NCBI GenBank assembly: GCA_020342115.1
Contig: CP070841.1
Span: forward strand, 3,421,531 to 3,485,530
Length of the DNA: 64,000 bases
Direction of reading: 5' to 3'
Source: Spirochaetota bacterium
GTDB taxonomy: Bacteria > Spirochaetota > B62-G9 > DRHN01
Shown: one piece after another, positions 8,320-18,212 of the stretch
How positions within the stretch are numbered: the first letter of the stretch is position 1
How the letters are laid out: the number at the start of each line of letters is the position of its first letter
Notes under the pieces: model-generated
Database searches by the model: none
Told to the model about the DNA's origin: nothing
The model's input: only the letters and a program-made list of their open reading frames with translations
Translations under genes and position numbers: made by a program

Positions 8320-9327
8320 CTAAAATCGTGTTGTCATAAAAATCATGGGATCCACAGCCTTAGTCCCGATTCTTACTTCGTAGTGAATGTGGAAACCGGT
8401 AGCACGTCCAGTCCTACCCAGAAATGCTATAATTTCACCCTTATTCACCTTTTGTCCCTCGTAAACACGAAGGCTAGAACAGTGGGCATAGAGTGTTTGA
8501 AAACCGTATTCGTGCTGGATCTGTATTGTTCTCCCATATCCGCCCTTCATGCCGGCAAAGACAACTATCCCGTCAGCAGTAGCTCTTACGGGTGCCCCCG
8601 GCCACCAGCTAACATCAACTCCCTGATGCATTGCCAGTTTACCTGTAAAAGGAGAACGTCTCATGCCAAAACTTGAAGTGATAAAACCGCCGCCGATAAT
8701 TGGCCAGTTATTGGGAATTTTTTGAATTATTTCTTCCCTGGCTTCCAGAAACTTTTTGAAGTTCACTAAAACCCTATCACTTGCAAGTATGTCGGCATTT
8801 ATCTTTTTTATTGTTTCAAGTTCATTCTCATAACTCGCCTTGTCTGTTAAGCCTATGATCTCTGAAATATTTTTAATCTCTGTTTCAGGTCCCCCCATTC
8901 CAAAGATATTTTCTGACTCATTTGCTCCGAGGAGTTCGATGATATCCTTGATGTTATTTTTATAATCAACTACAGATTTATTGAGTATTGCGATTTCCTC
9001 CTCGAAACTATCAAGCGCATCGATGTTACCCTGCTGAGTATTGATAAGTGTCTCCATCTCTTTTTTCGTTATAGTATAACGTGATGTTGAGATAAAGAAT
9101 GTTACCACAACTCCTGAAAGGACTATAATAAGGAAGGCTATGGTGAAAAGAGAAATTTGGAAATTGAATATCTTTTTCTCAGAGTGGGGAATAAGCATGA
9201 CTGTGAGTTTCTCGTTTCCCTTTTGTGCAAAACGTTTGTAACTGTATACGATCCATCGTTTGAGAAAAGTGAGATGCGATTTGAGGTATGAGAATAGTCT
9301 TTTTTCCAGTTTTTTATATTCTGACAC
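8320..9327 (-). CDS. Membrane-anchored coiled-coil M23/LytM metallopeptidase
   Basis: One N-terminal TM segment, a long helical region, and a C-terminal HQGVDV...GRATGFHIHYEV M23 signature. Confidence 0.85.
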   Translation of the reverse strand: MSEYKKLEKRLFSYLKSHLTFLKRWIVYSYKRFAQKGNEKLTVMLIPHSEKKIFNFQISLFTIAFLIIVLSGVVVTFFISTSRYTITKKEMETLINTQQGNIDALDSFEEEIAILNKSVVDYKNNIKDIIELLGANESENIFGMGGPETEIKNISEIIGLTDKASYENELETIKKINADILASDRVLVNFKKFLEAREEIIQKIPNNWPIIGGGFITSSFGMRRSPFTGKLAMHQGVDVSWWPGAPVRATADGIVVFAGMKGGYGRTIQIQHEYGFQTLYAHCSSLRVYEGQKVNKGEIIAFLGRTGRATGFHIHYEVRIGTKAVDPMIFMTTRF

Positions 9328-9395
9328 CCTTTGCCCTCTTGAAATTTAGTGTTCTAATGTTACTATATTGATATATAAAGTCAACTATTTTATTA

Positions 9396-10202
9396 ATGGT
9401 TTCTCAGATAATGCTATTTGATACCCACTGTCATCTCATACTCTTGAATAGCGATAAAATAGATATTAATGCTATCGCAATGAATGCAGTTGAAAAAAAA
9501 GTATCCCTGCTGATAGATATATCGGTAGGTACCCACGATTTTCTAAAGAGGGGAGCGCTTGCTCATGAACTCACGAATAGATTCCCACTATCAGTCTATA
9601 TGACAGCCGGGATTCCTCCTTACTATGCAGATAAGCGAAAACCAGCAGATATCGATGATGTTAGGGCGCAGTGTCGTGGTGAGCAGAGGGTTATCGGAAT
9701 AGGAGAGATCGGACTCGATTACTATCACCTGTATGGCTCAAAGGTGAAGCAGAAAACACTTTTTATACAGCAGATCGAGCTGGCAAACGATCTTGATCTA
9801 CCTGTTGTCATTCATACAAGGGATTCAGATAATGATCTCATAGATATTGTCAAAGAGCATATTCCAGCAAAAGGCGGTATAATTCACTGTTTTTCATCAG
9901 GTATGGAAAGTGCAAAAAGGTTGCTTGATCTTGGATTTGTCCTTTCCTTTGCTGGAAATATTACTTATAAAAAATCTTATGAAATTAGAGATGTTGCCCG
10001 CATGGTGCCTGAAGATATGTTTGTAATTGAAACAGATGCACCCTACCTATCTCCTGAAGGCAAGAGGGGAAAGCCCAACGAACCCGCAAACGTCGCACTC
10101 ATTGCTCGATTCATTTCGGACCTGAGAGGTGAGTCTCTTGAAATGGTTGCATCGAACACTGCTGATACTGCGAGGAGGGTATTCGGCATACAGGATGACT
10201 GA
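9396..10202 (+). CDS. tatD: TatD-family metal-dependent hydrolase
   Basis: FDTHCHL near the N-terminus, EIGLDY, VIHTRD. The start may be ATG 9411. Confidence 0.85.
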   Translation: MVSQIMLFDTHCHLILLNSDKIDINAIAMNAVEKKVSLLIDISVGTHDFLKRGALAHELTNRFPLSVYMTAGIPPYYADKRKPADIDDVRAQCRGEQRVIGIGEIGLDYYHLYGSKVKQKTLFIQQIELANDLDLPVVIHTRDSDNDLIDIVKEHIPAKGGIIHCFSSGMESAKRLLDLGFVLSFAGNITYKKSYEIRDVARMVPEDMFVIETDAPYLSPEGKRGKPNEPANVALIARFISDLRGESLEMVASNTADTARRVFGIQDD

Positions 10203-10890
10203 ATTTACTAATTTTCTTGAAGTAGTTGTAAAGGATTGTATCGTTTATTGAAGAACAGGCCTATATGTTGAATATCGATTTACTATATAGAACAGTAACG
10301 AGAGGCATTGGCCTCAGGAATGGCTGAAGACTTTCGAGTTCAAGAACAACATCTTTATTTTTTCAGAGTACCTGAAGCGGCCTACAGGGCCGCAGGGTTC
10401 AGAAACTCTGCTTAAAGCGGCGGGCAATATCGTTGTAGCAAAAAAAGCTGACCGGGAAATTCTCGATGCACTTATGCGTAATGAAGGAATAAAGATAAGC
10501 GGTATTGAAAAATTACTCTTTCATGATACTGGTAATCTTGACTTTGGGTTAAAAAAGAAAAGTCCTGCAATAAATGGGGGAGTGTGGATTTCTGGGTTTA
10601 ATGATAAAGCTATTGGGCTGCCTGATATAGGCCCTTTTGAACAGGGTGACAATGCTGGCCCTGATTGGCCTCGACCGAGAAAGACTGTCTTCAACACCAG
10701 TCCACCGGTAATGATTTTGGAGAAAGATCTGCCAGCCGTATTGATTGAACCCTAGGTTCAATAATAAAAGGCAGATGTTGAGGTAAAGCAATTTAGAGCA
10801 AAAGAGTAAACTTCTTAGTATAAAGTAACCATATGTACTTGGTTTGTTAAAACCCGGTGTAGCCGATTCATGAACAGCTGCATTGATCCA

Positions 10891-13542
10891 TCAGGCGGAA
10901 AGCCGATGCAGTACATAATTCAGTATGCCTTTGTGTCTGTAGTATTCATACTCCCCTGCAGTATCGATGCGAACGCGCAGCGTAACACTTTCCGATTGGC
11001 CATTTTCTCTGTTAATATTCAACCTGACAGTTCCCTTTGGTTTGAGATCAGAAATACCTAGAATGTCAAAAGTTTCACCACCTGTAATGTTTATACCTTT
11101 GACAGTGTGATCTTTCATAAACTCGAGAGGTAAAACTCCCATTCCAATTAGATTGGATCGGTGAATACGTTCATAACTTTCTGCTACTACTGCTCTTACT
11201 CCAAGAAGGAGAGTGCCTTTTGCAGCCCAGTCCCTTGATGACCCCGTGCCATATTCTTTACCTGCAAAAACCAGCAGGGGTATGTTGGCATTCGAATATA
11301 TTACAGCAGCATCATAAATAGGTATTATTTTTCCATCCGGCATTCTGGTGAAGCCACCTTCGGTACCCTCTGCCATTTTATTCAAGATTCTGATATTGGC
11401 GAAAGTGCCTCTCATCATTACCTCATGGTTTCCGCGCCGGCTTCCGAAGGAGTTAAACAACGCAGGCTCAATCCCGTTGCTTATAAGATATTTTCCTGCA
11501 GGACCATCAGTAGGAATGACTCCGGCTGGAGATATGTGGTCCGTAGTGGTGCTGTCAGGAAGAATGGCCAGGCAGCGGGCACCCCTGATTTCTTCTAAGC
11601 CTGGTATTGAGGGAGAAAAGTCTTTGAAAAATGGCGGGGACTTAATATAGGTGCTTGATTTTTCCCAATCATAGGTTTTGGATTTTGATGTTTCAAATTC
11701 CTGCCACTCTCTGGTGCCTGAAAACACGTCAGCGTAGCGTGTCTTAAACATACTTGCATCAACACTTTTTTCCACAGCTTCTTTTATTTCCGCATTGCTT
11801 GGCCATATATCTTTTAAATAAACGGCTTTTCCATTTTTATCCCTTCCTATGGGATCGGTGTGTATGTTAGTTCTTATAGAGCCGGCAATGGCATATGCCA
11901 CTACGAGGGGCGGAGAAGCAAGATAACTGGCTTTCGAGTCTGGGCTTATCCGTCCTTCGAAATTTCTGTTTCCTGAAAGCACATTGCATGTTACAAGGTC
12001 AGCCGATTTTATCGCCTTTCGAATAGACTCAGGAAGCGGTCCAGAGTTACCTATACATGTGGTACATCCATATCCCACCAGGTTGAATCCCAGGGCGTTG
12101 AGATCCTTGTCCAGCCCTGACTTCTTGTAATATTCAGTGACAACTTTGCTTCCCGGAGCGAGCGATGTTTTTACCCAGGGTTTGGCTTTAAGGCCGAGCT
12201 CGGTTGCCTTTTTTGCCAGAAGACCGGCTGCCAGCATGGTAGATGGGTTTGAAGTGTTGGTACAGCTGGTGATGGCTGCAATAACAACATCTCCGTGCTT
12301 CAGTTTGTAATCTTTACCCTCTACCTGAGCTTCTTCATCCCGGTTCTTGACCTGATAGTAATCAGAGAGGGTTTTCTCGAAAGCAGCACTAGCCTCACGC
12401 AATAAAACCCTGTCATGTGAGCGTCTTGGTCCTGCCATGCATGGTTCTACATCGCTCAAGTCAAGCTTTAGGGTGTCGTTATACTCCGGCTGCCATGATT
12501 CATCGCGCCACAGACCCTGTTCTTTTGCATATTTTTCAGTAAGTTTTACTGTTTTTTCATCTCGTCCTGTGAGCCTAAGGTAATCAAGCAGTTTTTCGTC
12601 GATCGGAAAAATTGCACATGTGGAGCCAAACTCTGGTGACATATTGCTTATTGTTGCACGATCTTCTATGGTGAGATCATCCAGACCTGAACCAAAAAAC
12701 TCTACGAATTTTCCAACGACGCCTTTCTTTCTTAGAATTTGAGTAATAGTAAGGACCAGGTCTGTAGCAGTAATCCCTTCCTTTAACTGTCCTGTAAGTT
12801 CAAATCCGACAACATGTGGTATCAACATTGTAATTGCCTGGCCCAGCAGAGCGGCTTCAGCTTCTATTCCACCCACACCCCATCCAAGCACTGCCAATCC
12901 GTTGATCATGGTGGTATGGCTGTCAGTACCTACCATTGTATCCGGATATACCATGGTTTTTTTATTTGAGGCTTCTGTCCATACCACCTTGGCAAGATAT
13001 TCGAGGTTTACCTGATGCACAATGCCTGTGCCCGGGGGGACAACCCGGAACTTCTCAAAGGCCTCCTGACCCCATTTTAAGAAGCGGTATCGCTCTGCGT
13101 TTCTTTCGAACTCTTTTCTTACATTTATCTGGAAAGAATCCTCACTCCCGAAGTGGTCTACCATAACGGAATGGTCTATAACGAGATCAACCGGGATCTG
13201 GGGATTGATTTTACCCGGATCTCCGCCAGCCCTGCTTAATGCATCGCGCATGGCTGCAAGATCGACTACCGCAGGCACACCCGTGAAGTCCTGCATTACA
13301 ACCCGTGCAGGGTAAAAACTTATTTCCTGTTCCGGAACATTATTCTTAGACCATGAAACGATGGCTTCTATCTCATCATCTGAGCTTGCTCTTTCTTTGT
13401 GGTGTCGTATCAGGTTTTCGAGGAGGACCTTCAATGAAAAGGGGAAATTCGATAGATCTTTTTGTAAAATTTTTTCAAGTGCCCTTAAGCTGAAGTAATG
13501 GTATTTGCTGTCATCCACTTCGAGCTGTTTTCTTACATCCAT
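10891..13542 (-). CDS. acnA: Aconitate hydratase A
   Basis: 883 aa. Contains DSHTTM, CTNTSNP and CIGNSG Fe-S ligand motifs. Confidence 0.95.
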   Translation of the reverse strand: MDVRKQLEVDDSKYHYFSLRALEKILQKDLSNFPFSLKVLLENLIRHHKERASSDDEIEAIVSWSKNNVPEQEISFYPARVVMQDFTGVPAVVDLAAMRDALSRAGGDPGKINPQIPVDLVIDHSVMVDHFGSEDSFQINVRKEFERNAERYRFLKWGQEAFEKFRVVPPGTGIVHQVNLEYLAKVVWTEASNKKTMVYPDTMVGTDSHTTMINGLAVLGWGVGGIEAEAALLGQAITMLIPHVVGFELTGQLKEGITATDLVLTITQILRKKGVVGKFVEFFGSGLDDLTIEDRATISNMSPEFGSTCAIFPIDEKLLDYLRLTGRDEKTVKLTEKYAKEQGLWRDESWQPEYNDTLKLDLSDVEPCMAGPRRSHDRVLLREASAAFEKTLSDYYQVKNRDEEAQVEGKDYKLKHGDVVIAAITSCTNTSNPSTMLAAGLLAKKATELGLKAKPWVKTSLAPGSKVVTEYYKKSGLDKDLNALGFNLVGYGCTTCIGNSGPLPESIRKAIKSADLVTCNVLSGNRNFEGRISPDSKASYLASPPLVVAYAIAGSIRTNIHTDPIGRDKNGKAVYLKDIWPSNAEIKEAVEKSVDASMFKTRYADVFSGTREWQEFETSKSKTYDWEKSSTYIKSPPFFKDFSPSIPGLEEIRGARCLAILPDSTTTDHISPAGVIPTDGPAGKYLISNGIEPALFNSFGSRRGNHEVMMRGTFANIRILNKMAEGTEGGFTRMPDGKIIPIYDAAVIYSNANIPLLVFAGKEYGTGSSRDWAAKGTLLLGVRAVVAESYERIHRSNLIGMGVLPLEFMKDHTVKGINITGGETFDILGISDLKPKGTVRLNINRENGQSESVTLRVRIDTAGEYEYYRHKGILNYVLHRLSA

Positions 13543-13761
13543 ATTCGATAATCCTTATACTGTTTTTTCTATTTCTTAATATAATATGCAATTTGTATCC
13601 AAAAAGCATAAGTTTTCGGTTTAAGCAAACCGTAAAACAACAGTTGTTATATACGGTGTACCCTCCTATATTTTTTATATCGATAGGCTGGTCATAAATA
13701 ACAGGTGAGGGCTTCGACACAAGACGGTATTTACCTTATTCCGGTTAAAGGAGATGCATTC

Positions 13762-14106
13762 TTGACAAAAGCGGAAGAGCTGGCACGATTTATAGTCCGA
13801 GCTCAGTACGGTGATCTTTCCCGGGAGGCTGTAAAACACTTGAAAATAAGGGTACTGGATTCCATGGGCTGCGCAATAGGGGCGCTTAATGGAGAGCCGG
13901 TTTCCATTATTCGAGAGCAGATCAAGGACTTTGATTCATCTGGTACATGCACAATGATTGGCGGCGGAAGCTCATCGCCGGACAGAGCAGCCTTTTATAG
14001 AGGATTCGCACCGTGAAAGAATAACTGAAGCAGTTGAAAATCTTGAATCAATTCAAGTTAAAGAGCTGGTAGGTTTGCTTGGTAAATTCAGGGATAAAGA
14101 ATTATA
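13762..14106 (+). pseudogene. prpD: MmgE/PrpD (2-methylcitrate dehydratase) remnant with a large internal deletion
   Basis: TTG start after AAAGGAG. About 85 aa of PrpD-like N-terminus (AEELARFIV...LDSMGCAIGAL...SSPDRAAFY) is followed, in the +1 frame, by about 30 aa that read like a protein C-terminus (ITEAVENLESIQVKELVGLLGKFRDKEL-stop). I take this to be the PrpD tail. About 350 aa of the family are missing. Confidence 0.6.
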
Positions 14107-14300
14107 ATTAGAAGAAGAGAGACTGGTAGGGGATTACACGTACATGAGAGTACAAAAAAGCTGGCTGAAAAGGCATAGAGTTTGTTATTTGAGGTAAGAA
14201 TATCCTGATAAATGACTGAGAGCCATACAACAGGGAGTCGCCCAAGTGACTGGGCTGTTAGTGCATTGTTGATTATTAATTATTAGTAAGGAAGAAAATC

Positions 14301-15857
14301 ATGGAAAATAATGAATGGTATAAAACGGTTAAGGATAATGATCTGAAGGAAGGAGTACCACAACAGGTCATTGTGGACGAAAAGAAGGTGATGCTGGTAC
14401 GAATAAAAGAAAAGATCCATGCATGCGGGAACGAATGCAGCCATTACGGGGCACCTCTCACTGAAGGTGTTCTGAAGGATAGTGTGGTTACCTGTCCGTG
14501 GCATAATGCAAAGTTCGATGTTACAACAGGCCAGATGGTCTCAGCACCTGCTTTGAATAACTTGCCGGTTTATGAAACCATGGTGAAGGATGGGGAGGTG
14601 TATGTCCGGAAAGCAGGGTCGAATATCATACCGATGCCCGAAGGAAAAGATGATCGAACCTTCCTGATCATCGGGGCAGGGGCATCGGGGAATGCTGCTG
14701 CTGAAATGCTTCGACGAAGAGGCTTTGCAGGAAGAATCATAATGGTCACATCGGAAAACCAGCTGCCTTATGACCGCACAATGCTGTCAAAGGATTTTCT
14801 CTCAGGAGAAGCTCCGGCAAAGTGGCTCCCTCTTCGCGGAGAGAAATTTTATGATAGACTTCATATAGAAATTTTAACAGGTCATACTGTTCAGTCCATG
14901 GATCCTGTGAAGAGAGCAGTTTCGTTCCAGAATGGCAAAAGCCTTACTGCTGATAAAATATTGATAGCAACAGGCGGGATTCCGCGCAGGCTGAATCTTA
15001 AAGGCAGCGATATGGAAGGGTGTCATTACCTGAGAACTCTTCACGATTGCAACAGCATAATCTCCGATTTAGAGAATGCGAAACAGGCAGTGGTACTGGG
15101 TGCGAGCTTTATCGGCCTTGAGGTTGCTGCTGCACTGACGCATAGAGGCCTTTCGGTTCATGTGGTTGGCCCTGAAGAGGTGCCTTTGGCCGCTGTATTC
15201 GGAGAAAGAATCGGTAGATGGATACAGAATATTCACCAGCAAAAGCAGGTTAATTTCCATATGGGGCGCAAAGCACTTGAAATCAAGGGAAACGGCAGTG
15301 TAAATGAAGTTGTGCTTGATGACTCGAGCAGTATTAAAGCGGATATTGTTGTAATTGGAATCGGGGTGATCCCTGCAGTGGATTTTCTCTCAGAAAGCGG
15401 TCTGGTTGAAAACGGAGCTGTTTCGGTGAATGCGCATTTTCAGACAAAGTCTGAGGGCATATATGCATCTGGAGACATAGCCGTTGTTCCTGATCCGAGG
15501 ACAGGGAATCCCAGACGTATCGAGCATTGGGCTGAAGCAGAGAGGCAGGGGCAGCATGCCGCAAAATGCATGCTGGATGAATCGGAGAACTATAATGAGA
15601 TGCCCTTCTTCTGGACCAATCAGTTTGGAACGTCCCTTAAATATATCGGGTATGCAAGGCAGTTTGAACAGGTTGTGTTTCGGGGAAGCGTTGAAGAAAA
15701 AAGCTTTGTCGCAGGATATTATATAAACAGCACTTTGAGTGCAGTAGCCGGTGTTGGTAACACAAGAGATATTATACTGATTGGTGAGCGAATGAAAGAG
15801 GGAAGAAATATTGATCCCCATCAGTTTGAAGATATGGGATTCGACCTCTCTCAATAG
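14301..15857 (+). CDS. Rieske [2Fe-2S] domain fused to an FAD/NAD(P)H pyridine nucleotide-disulfide oxidoreductase
   Basis: CGNECSHYG...CPWHNAKF Rieske motif, then IIGAGASGNAAAE and VVLGASFIGLEVAA dinucleotide folds (ferredoxin-reductase / AIF-like). Confidence 0.8.
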   Translation: MENNEWYKTVKDNDLKEGVPQQVIVDEKKVMLVRIKEKIHACGNECSHYGAPLTEGVLKDSVVTCPWHNAKFDVTTGQMVSAPALNNLPVYETMVKDGEVYVRKAGSNIIPMPEGKDDRTFLIIGAGASGNAAAEMLRRRGFAGRIIMVTSENQLPYDRTMLSKDFLSGEAPAKWLPLRGEKFYDRLHIEILTGHTVQSMDPVKRAVSFQNGKSLTADKILIATGGIPRRLNLKGSDMEGCHYLRTLHDCNSIISDLENAKQAVVLGASFIGLEVAAALTHRGLSVHVVGPEEVPLAAVFGERIGRWIQNIHQQKQVNFHMGRKALEIKGNGSVNEVVLDDSSSIKADIVVIGIGVIPAVDFLSESGLVENGAVSVNAHFQTKSEGIYASGDIAVVPDPRTGNPRRIEHWAEAERQGQHAAKCMLDESENYNEMPFFWTNQFGTSLKYIGYARQFEQVVFRGSVEEKSFVAGYYINSTLSAVAGVGNTRDIILIGERMKEGRNIDPHQFEDMGFDLSQ

Positions 15858-15926
15858 GAACAGACATCTTATCCCATTAAGCCATAATAGTTCTTATTGA
15901 ACCAGTAATGTATAAAGAAAAAGCTT

Positions 15927-16118
15927 CTACTCTTCGGTAATTTCTATGGCAGATACGGGGCATTCATCCACAGCTTTTCGTACCTGTTTTTCCAGCTCTT
16001 CAGGTACAGTGCCAACCTTCACTTTGGATATGGCATCCACAAGCTCGAATACCTCAGGACATATATCCACACAGTTTGCTGTTCCCACGCAAATATCCTT
16101 GTCAACTACTACTCTCAT
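15927..16118 (-). CDS. Small single-cluster ferredoxin
   Basis: 63 aa. CVGTANCVDICP...CP pattern is typical of 7-kDa [3Fe/4Fe-4S] ferredoxins. Confidence 0.8.
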   Translation of the reverse strand: MRVVVDKDICVGTANCVDICPEVFELVDAISKVKVGTVPEELEKQVRKAVDECPVSAIEITEE

Positions 16119-16336
16119 CGCACTTCTCCTTCAGGAGTATTTTTGACAGTTTGTATATATAATATATTTATTCCTGTTTTCAAAGCAAGGCATTGAAGGA
16201 AAATTATTGTGTAACGTATGAATAAAATATGGAGTATATGTAAGTAAGAATACCTCATAAAAATTATAAGATTTATATTGATCTGTCAAGAATTATAATA
16301 TATTATTATGTATTATTACCATCCAAGGAGAACAAA

Positions 16337-16738
16337 ATGAAAAAGAATATTATGAAAGTTGCAATAGGGCTGATTGTACTGTTATCTGTTTCTGCAATTC
16401 CGGTTTTTGCCGAAAACAAGACATGGACGGGTGTTGTAGCAGACAACCTTTGTATCCAGATGGACTTTGCTGCTGATGGAGCAGACATGGCTAATAACCC
16501 GGAACAGCATACCACTTATTGTGCCCTTATGAAGCCCTGTATAGACTCCGGATATTCTGTCATGGTAAAGAACGGCTCAGGAGGCTATGACTCGTATCCT
16601 TTGGACACGAAAGGAAACAAGCTTGCCCTTAAATACTTCGAAAACACCAATAAGAAAGACAATCATATTTTACAGGTTTCCGGTACAATTTTGAGCAACG
16701 ATACGATCAAGGTCAAGCGAATAGAGGAGGTTATGTAA
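16337..16738 (+). CDS. Secreted small protein of unknown function
   Basis: 133 aa. Clear signal peptide (MKKNIMKVAIGLIVLLSVSAIPVFA), good RBS (AAGGAG), three Cys. No family recognised. Confidence 0.6.
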   Translation: MKKNIMKVAIGLIVLLSVSAIPVFAENKTWTGVVADNLCIQMDFAADGADMANNPEQHTTYCALMKPCIDSGYSVMVKNGSGGYDSYPLDTKGNKLALKYFENTNKKDNHILQVSGTILSNDTIKVKRIEEVM

Positions 16739-16750
16739 CTGCTTAAACAA

Positions 16751-16818
16751 GTACAGCAACGGTGGAGAGATAGCCGTAGGTGCTATTTACATTAATCCGC
16801 TGTTGCTGCACTTTTTTT
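16751..16818 (+). terminator. Probable intrinsic terminator
   Basis: Imperfect stem GTACAGCAACGG / CCGCTGTTGCTGCAC followed by TTTTTTT. The loop is large. Confidence 0.45.
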
Positions 16819-16925
16819 ATACGAGAAATTCTGAATGTACTTTTACCCATTTCCATAAAACATTGGGGTATTGACCAATGCTTCATATAAAAATTTTCAT
16901 TTACACTTTCAGCACATCTCGATTA

Positions 16926-16954
16926 TTGACAAAAAACTTTTTTCAGGATAGACT
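16926..16954 (+). promoter_or_regulatory. Sigma70-like promoter TTGACA-N17-TAGACT
   Basis: Read upstream of the DOMON gene. Same -10 flavour (TAGACT) as the regulon promoters further right. Confidence 0.45.
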
Positions 16955-17024
16955 GTTCGCATAATGATCGCAACGAAAGCAACCACCTGTTCAATCTGAC
17001 TCGATTGTATACAGGAGTATAAAT

Positions 17025-18011
17025 ATGGGTATTAGACTCTTGTGTATAGCAGCTTCCATTATATTACTCATGAGTTTCATTCCAAGCACCATACGGGCGC
17101 AAACTATTGACGGAAAAATCGAGGAGGGAGAGTATCCTGAAACCCTTACTGCTGATAAAGGAAACTATACCCTTTCCTGGATAATTAAAGGATCAACCAT
17201 ATATATGGCTATGTCTGCAAAAACAGAAGGATGGGTATCAGTGGGCTTTGATCCCAAAAAAGTGATGGATGATGCGGATATGGTTTTTGGATCAGTTGAT
17301 GAAAATGGCAAAGTATCTGTGATAGATACACACTCAATAGATTTGTATGGACCGCACCCACCCGATGTGGAACTTGGAGGGACCGATGATATTCTCGAAT
17401 ATGCCGGATCAGAGTTTAATGGTGCAACCTATATAGAGTTTTCAAGACCCCTCGAAACCGATGATGCGCATGATCATCCTATAACACAAAGCCTTGGTAA
17501 CAAATTGATATGGGCATACAGTTCGTCGGATGATTTCGACAGACCTCACAAGGCTGCGGGTGCAAACTGGACCGGTGCCCGGGAAAGGGAACGATCCGGA
17601 CCACCTCCTGGAGTTTTTTTGCGAATCCATATCTTTTCAATGTCTCTGGCCTTTGTCATAATGGCATTCATTGGCTACATAGCCCGCTTCATGAAGGGGA
17701 GAAAATGGTGGCTGAAAACGCATAAAGTTCTTGGTTTAATTGCAGCAGGCCTCGGGGTATATGGAGTTGGAAGTGCTGTTTTTTTGGTGTCTTTCACTAC
17801 AGGTATACATATAAGAGTTGTCCATTCCTACTTTGGCTTGGTAGGCGCTGTAGTATTTATAGCAAGCCCCGTTATCGGATTCGGATTTCTCAAAGCAAAG
17901 AGAGAAAGAAAACCTCTTTACAGAAAGACACACCGCTGGTTCGGCAGGCTATCTCTACTGCTGGTGGTAGCAGCAATTATCCTGGGGCTCTTTCAGGCCG
18001 GAATTCTCTAA
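17025..18011 (+). CDS. DOMON-domain / cytochrome b561-like membrane protein
   Basis: Signal peptide, an about 170-aa DOMON-like beta domain, then 4 TM helices each carrying a conserved-looking His (RIHIF, KTHKVLG, VVHSYFG, KTHRWFG). Confidence 0.6.
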   Translation: MGIRLLCIAASIILLMSFIPSTIRAQTIDGKIEEGEYPETLTADKGNYTLSWIIKGSTIYMAMSAKTEGWVSVGFDPKKVMDDADMVFGSVDENGKVSVIDTHSIDLYGPHPPDVELGGTDDILEYAGSEFNGATYIEFSRPLETDDAHDHPITQSLGNKLIWAYSSSDDFDRPHKAAGANWTGARERERSGPPPGVFLRIHIFSMSLAFVIMAFIGYIARFMKGRKWWLKTHKVLGLIAAGLGVYGVGSAVFLVSFTTGIHIRVVHSYFGLVGAVVFIASPVIGFGFLKAKRERKPLYRKTHRWFGRLSLLLVVAAIILGLFQAGIL

Positions 18012-18212
18012 ATGTTTATCCACTTACAGACGCCTGCATGTGCTGTCAGTAGTTTAGTATCAATGTGAACAATAAAATTTCTTTGATTAAGAATGTGCCT
18101 TGTCCAAAGCCGGACTTACGTATAAATTTTTTCATATTTCCAGTGAAAGGAGCATTCAAGAGAAACTACAGGATTTCAAGAACTCTCGAATTATTATTGT
18201 GTGGAGGAAGAT

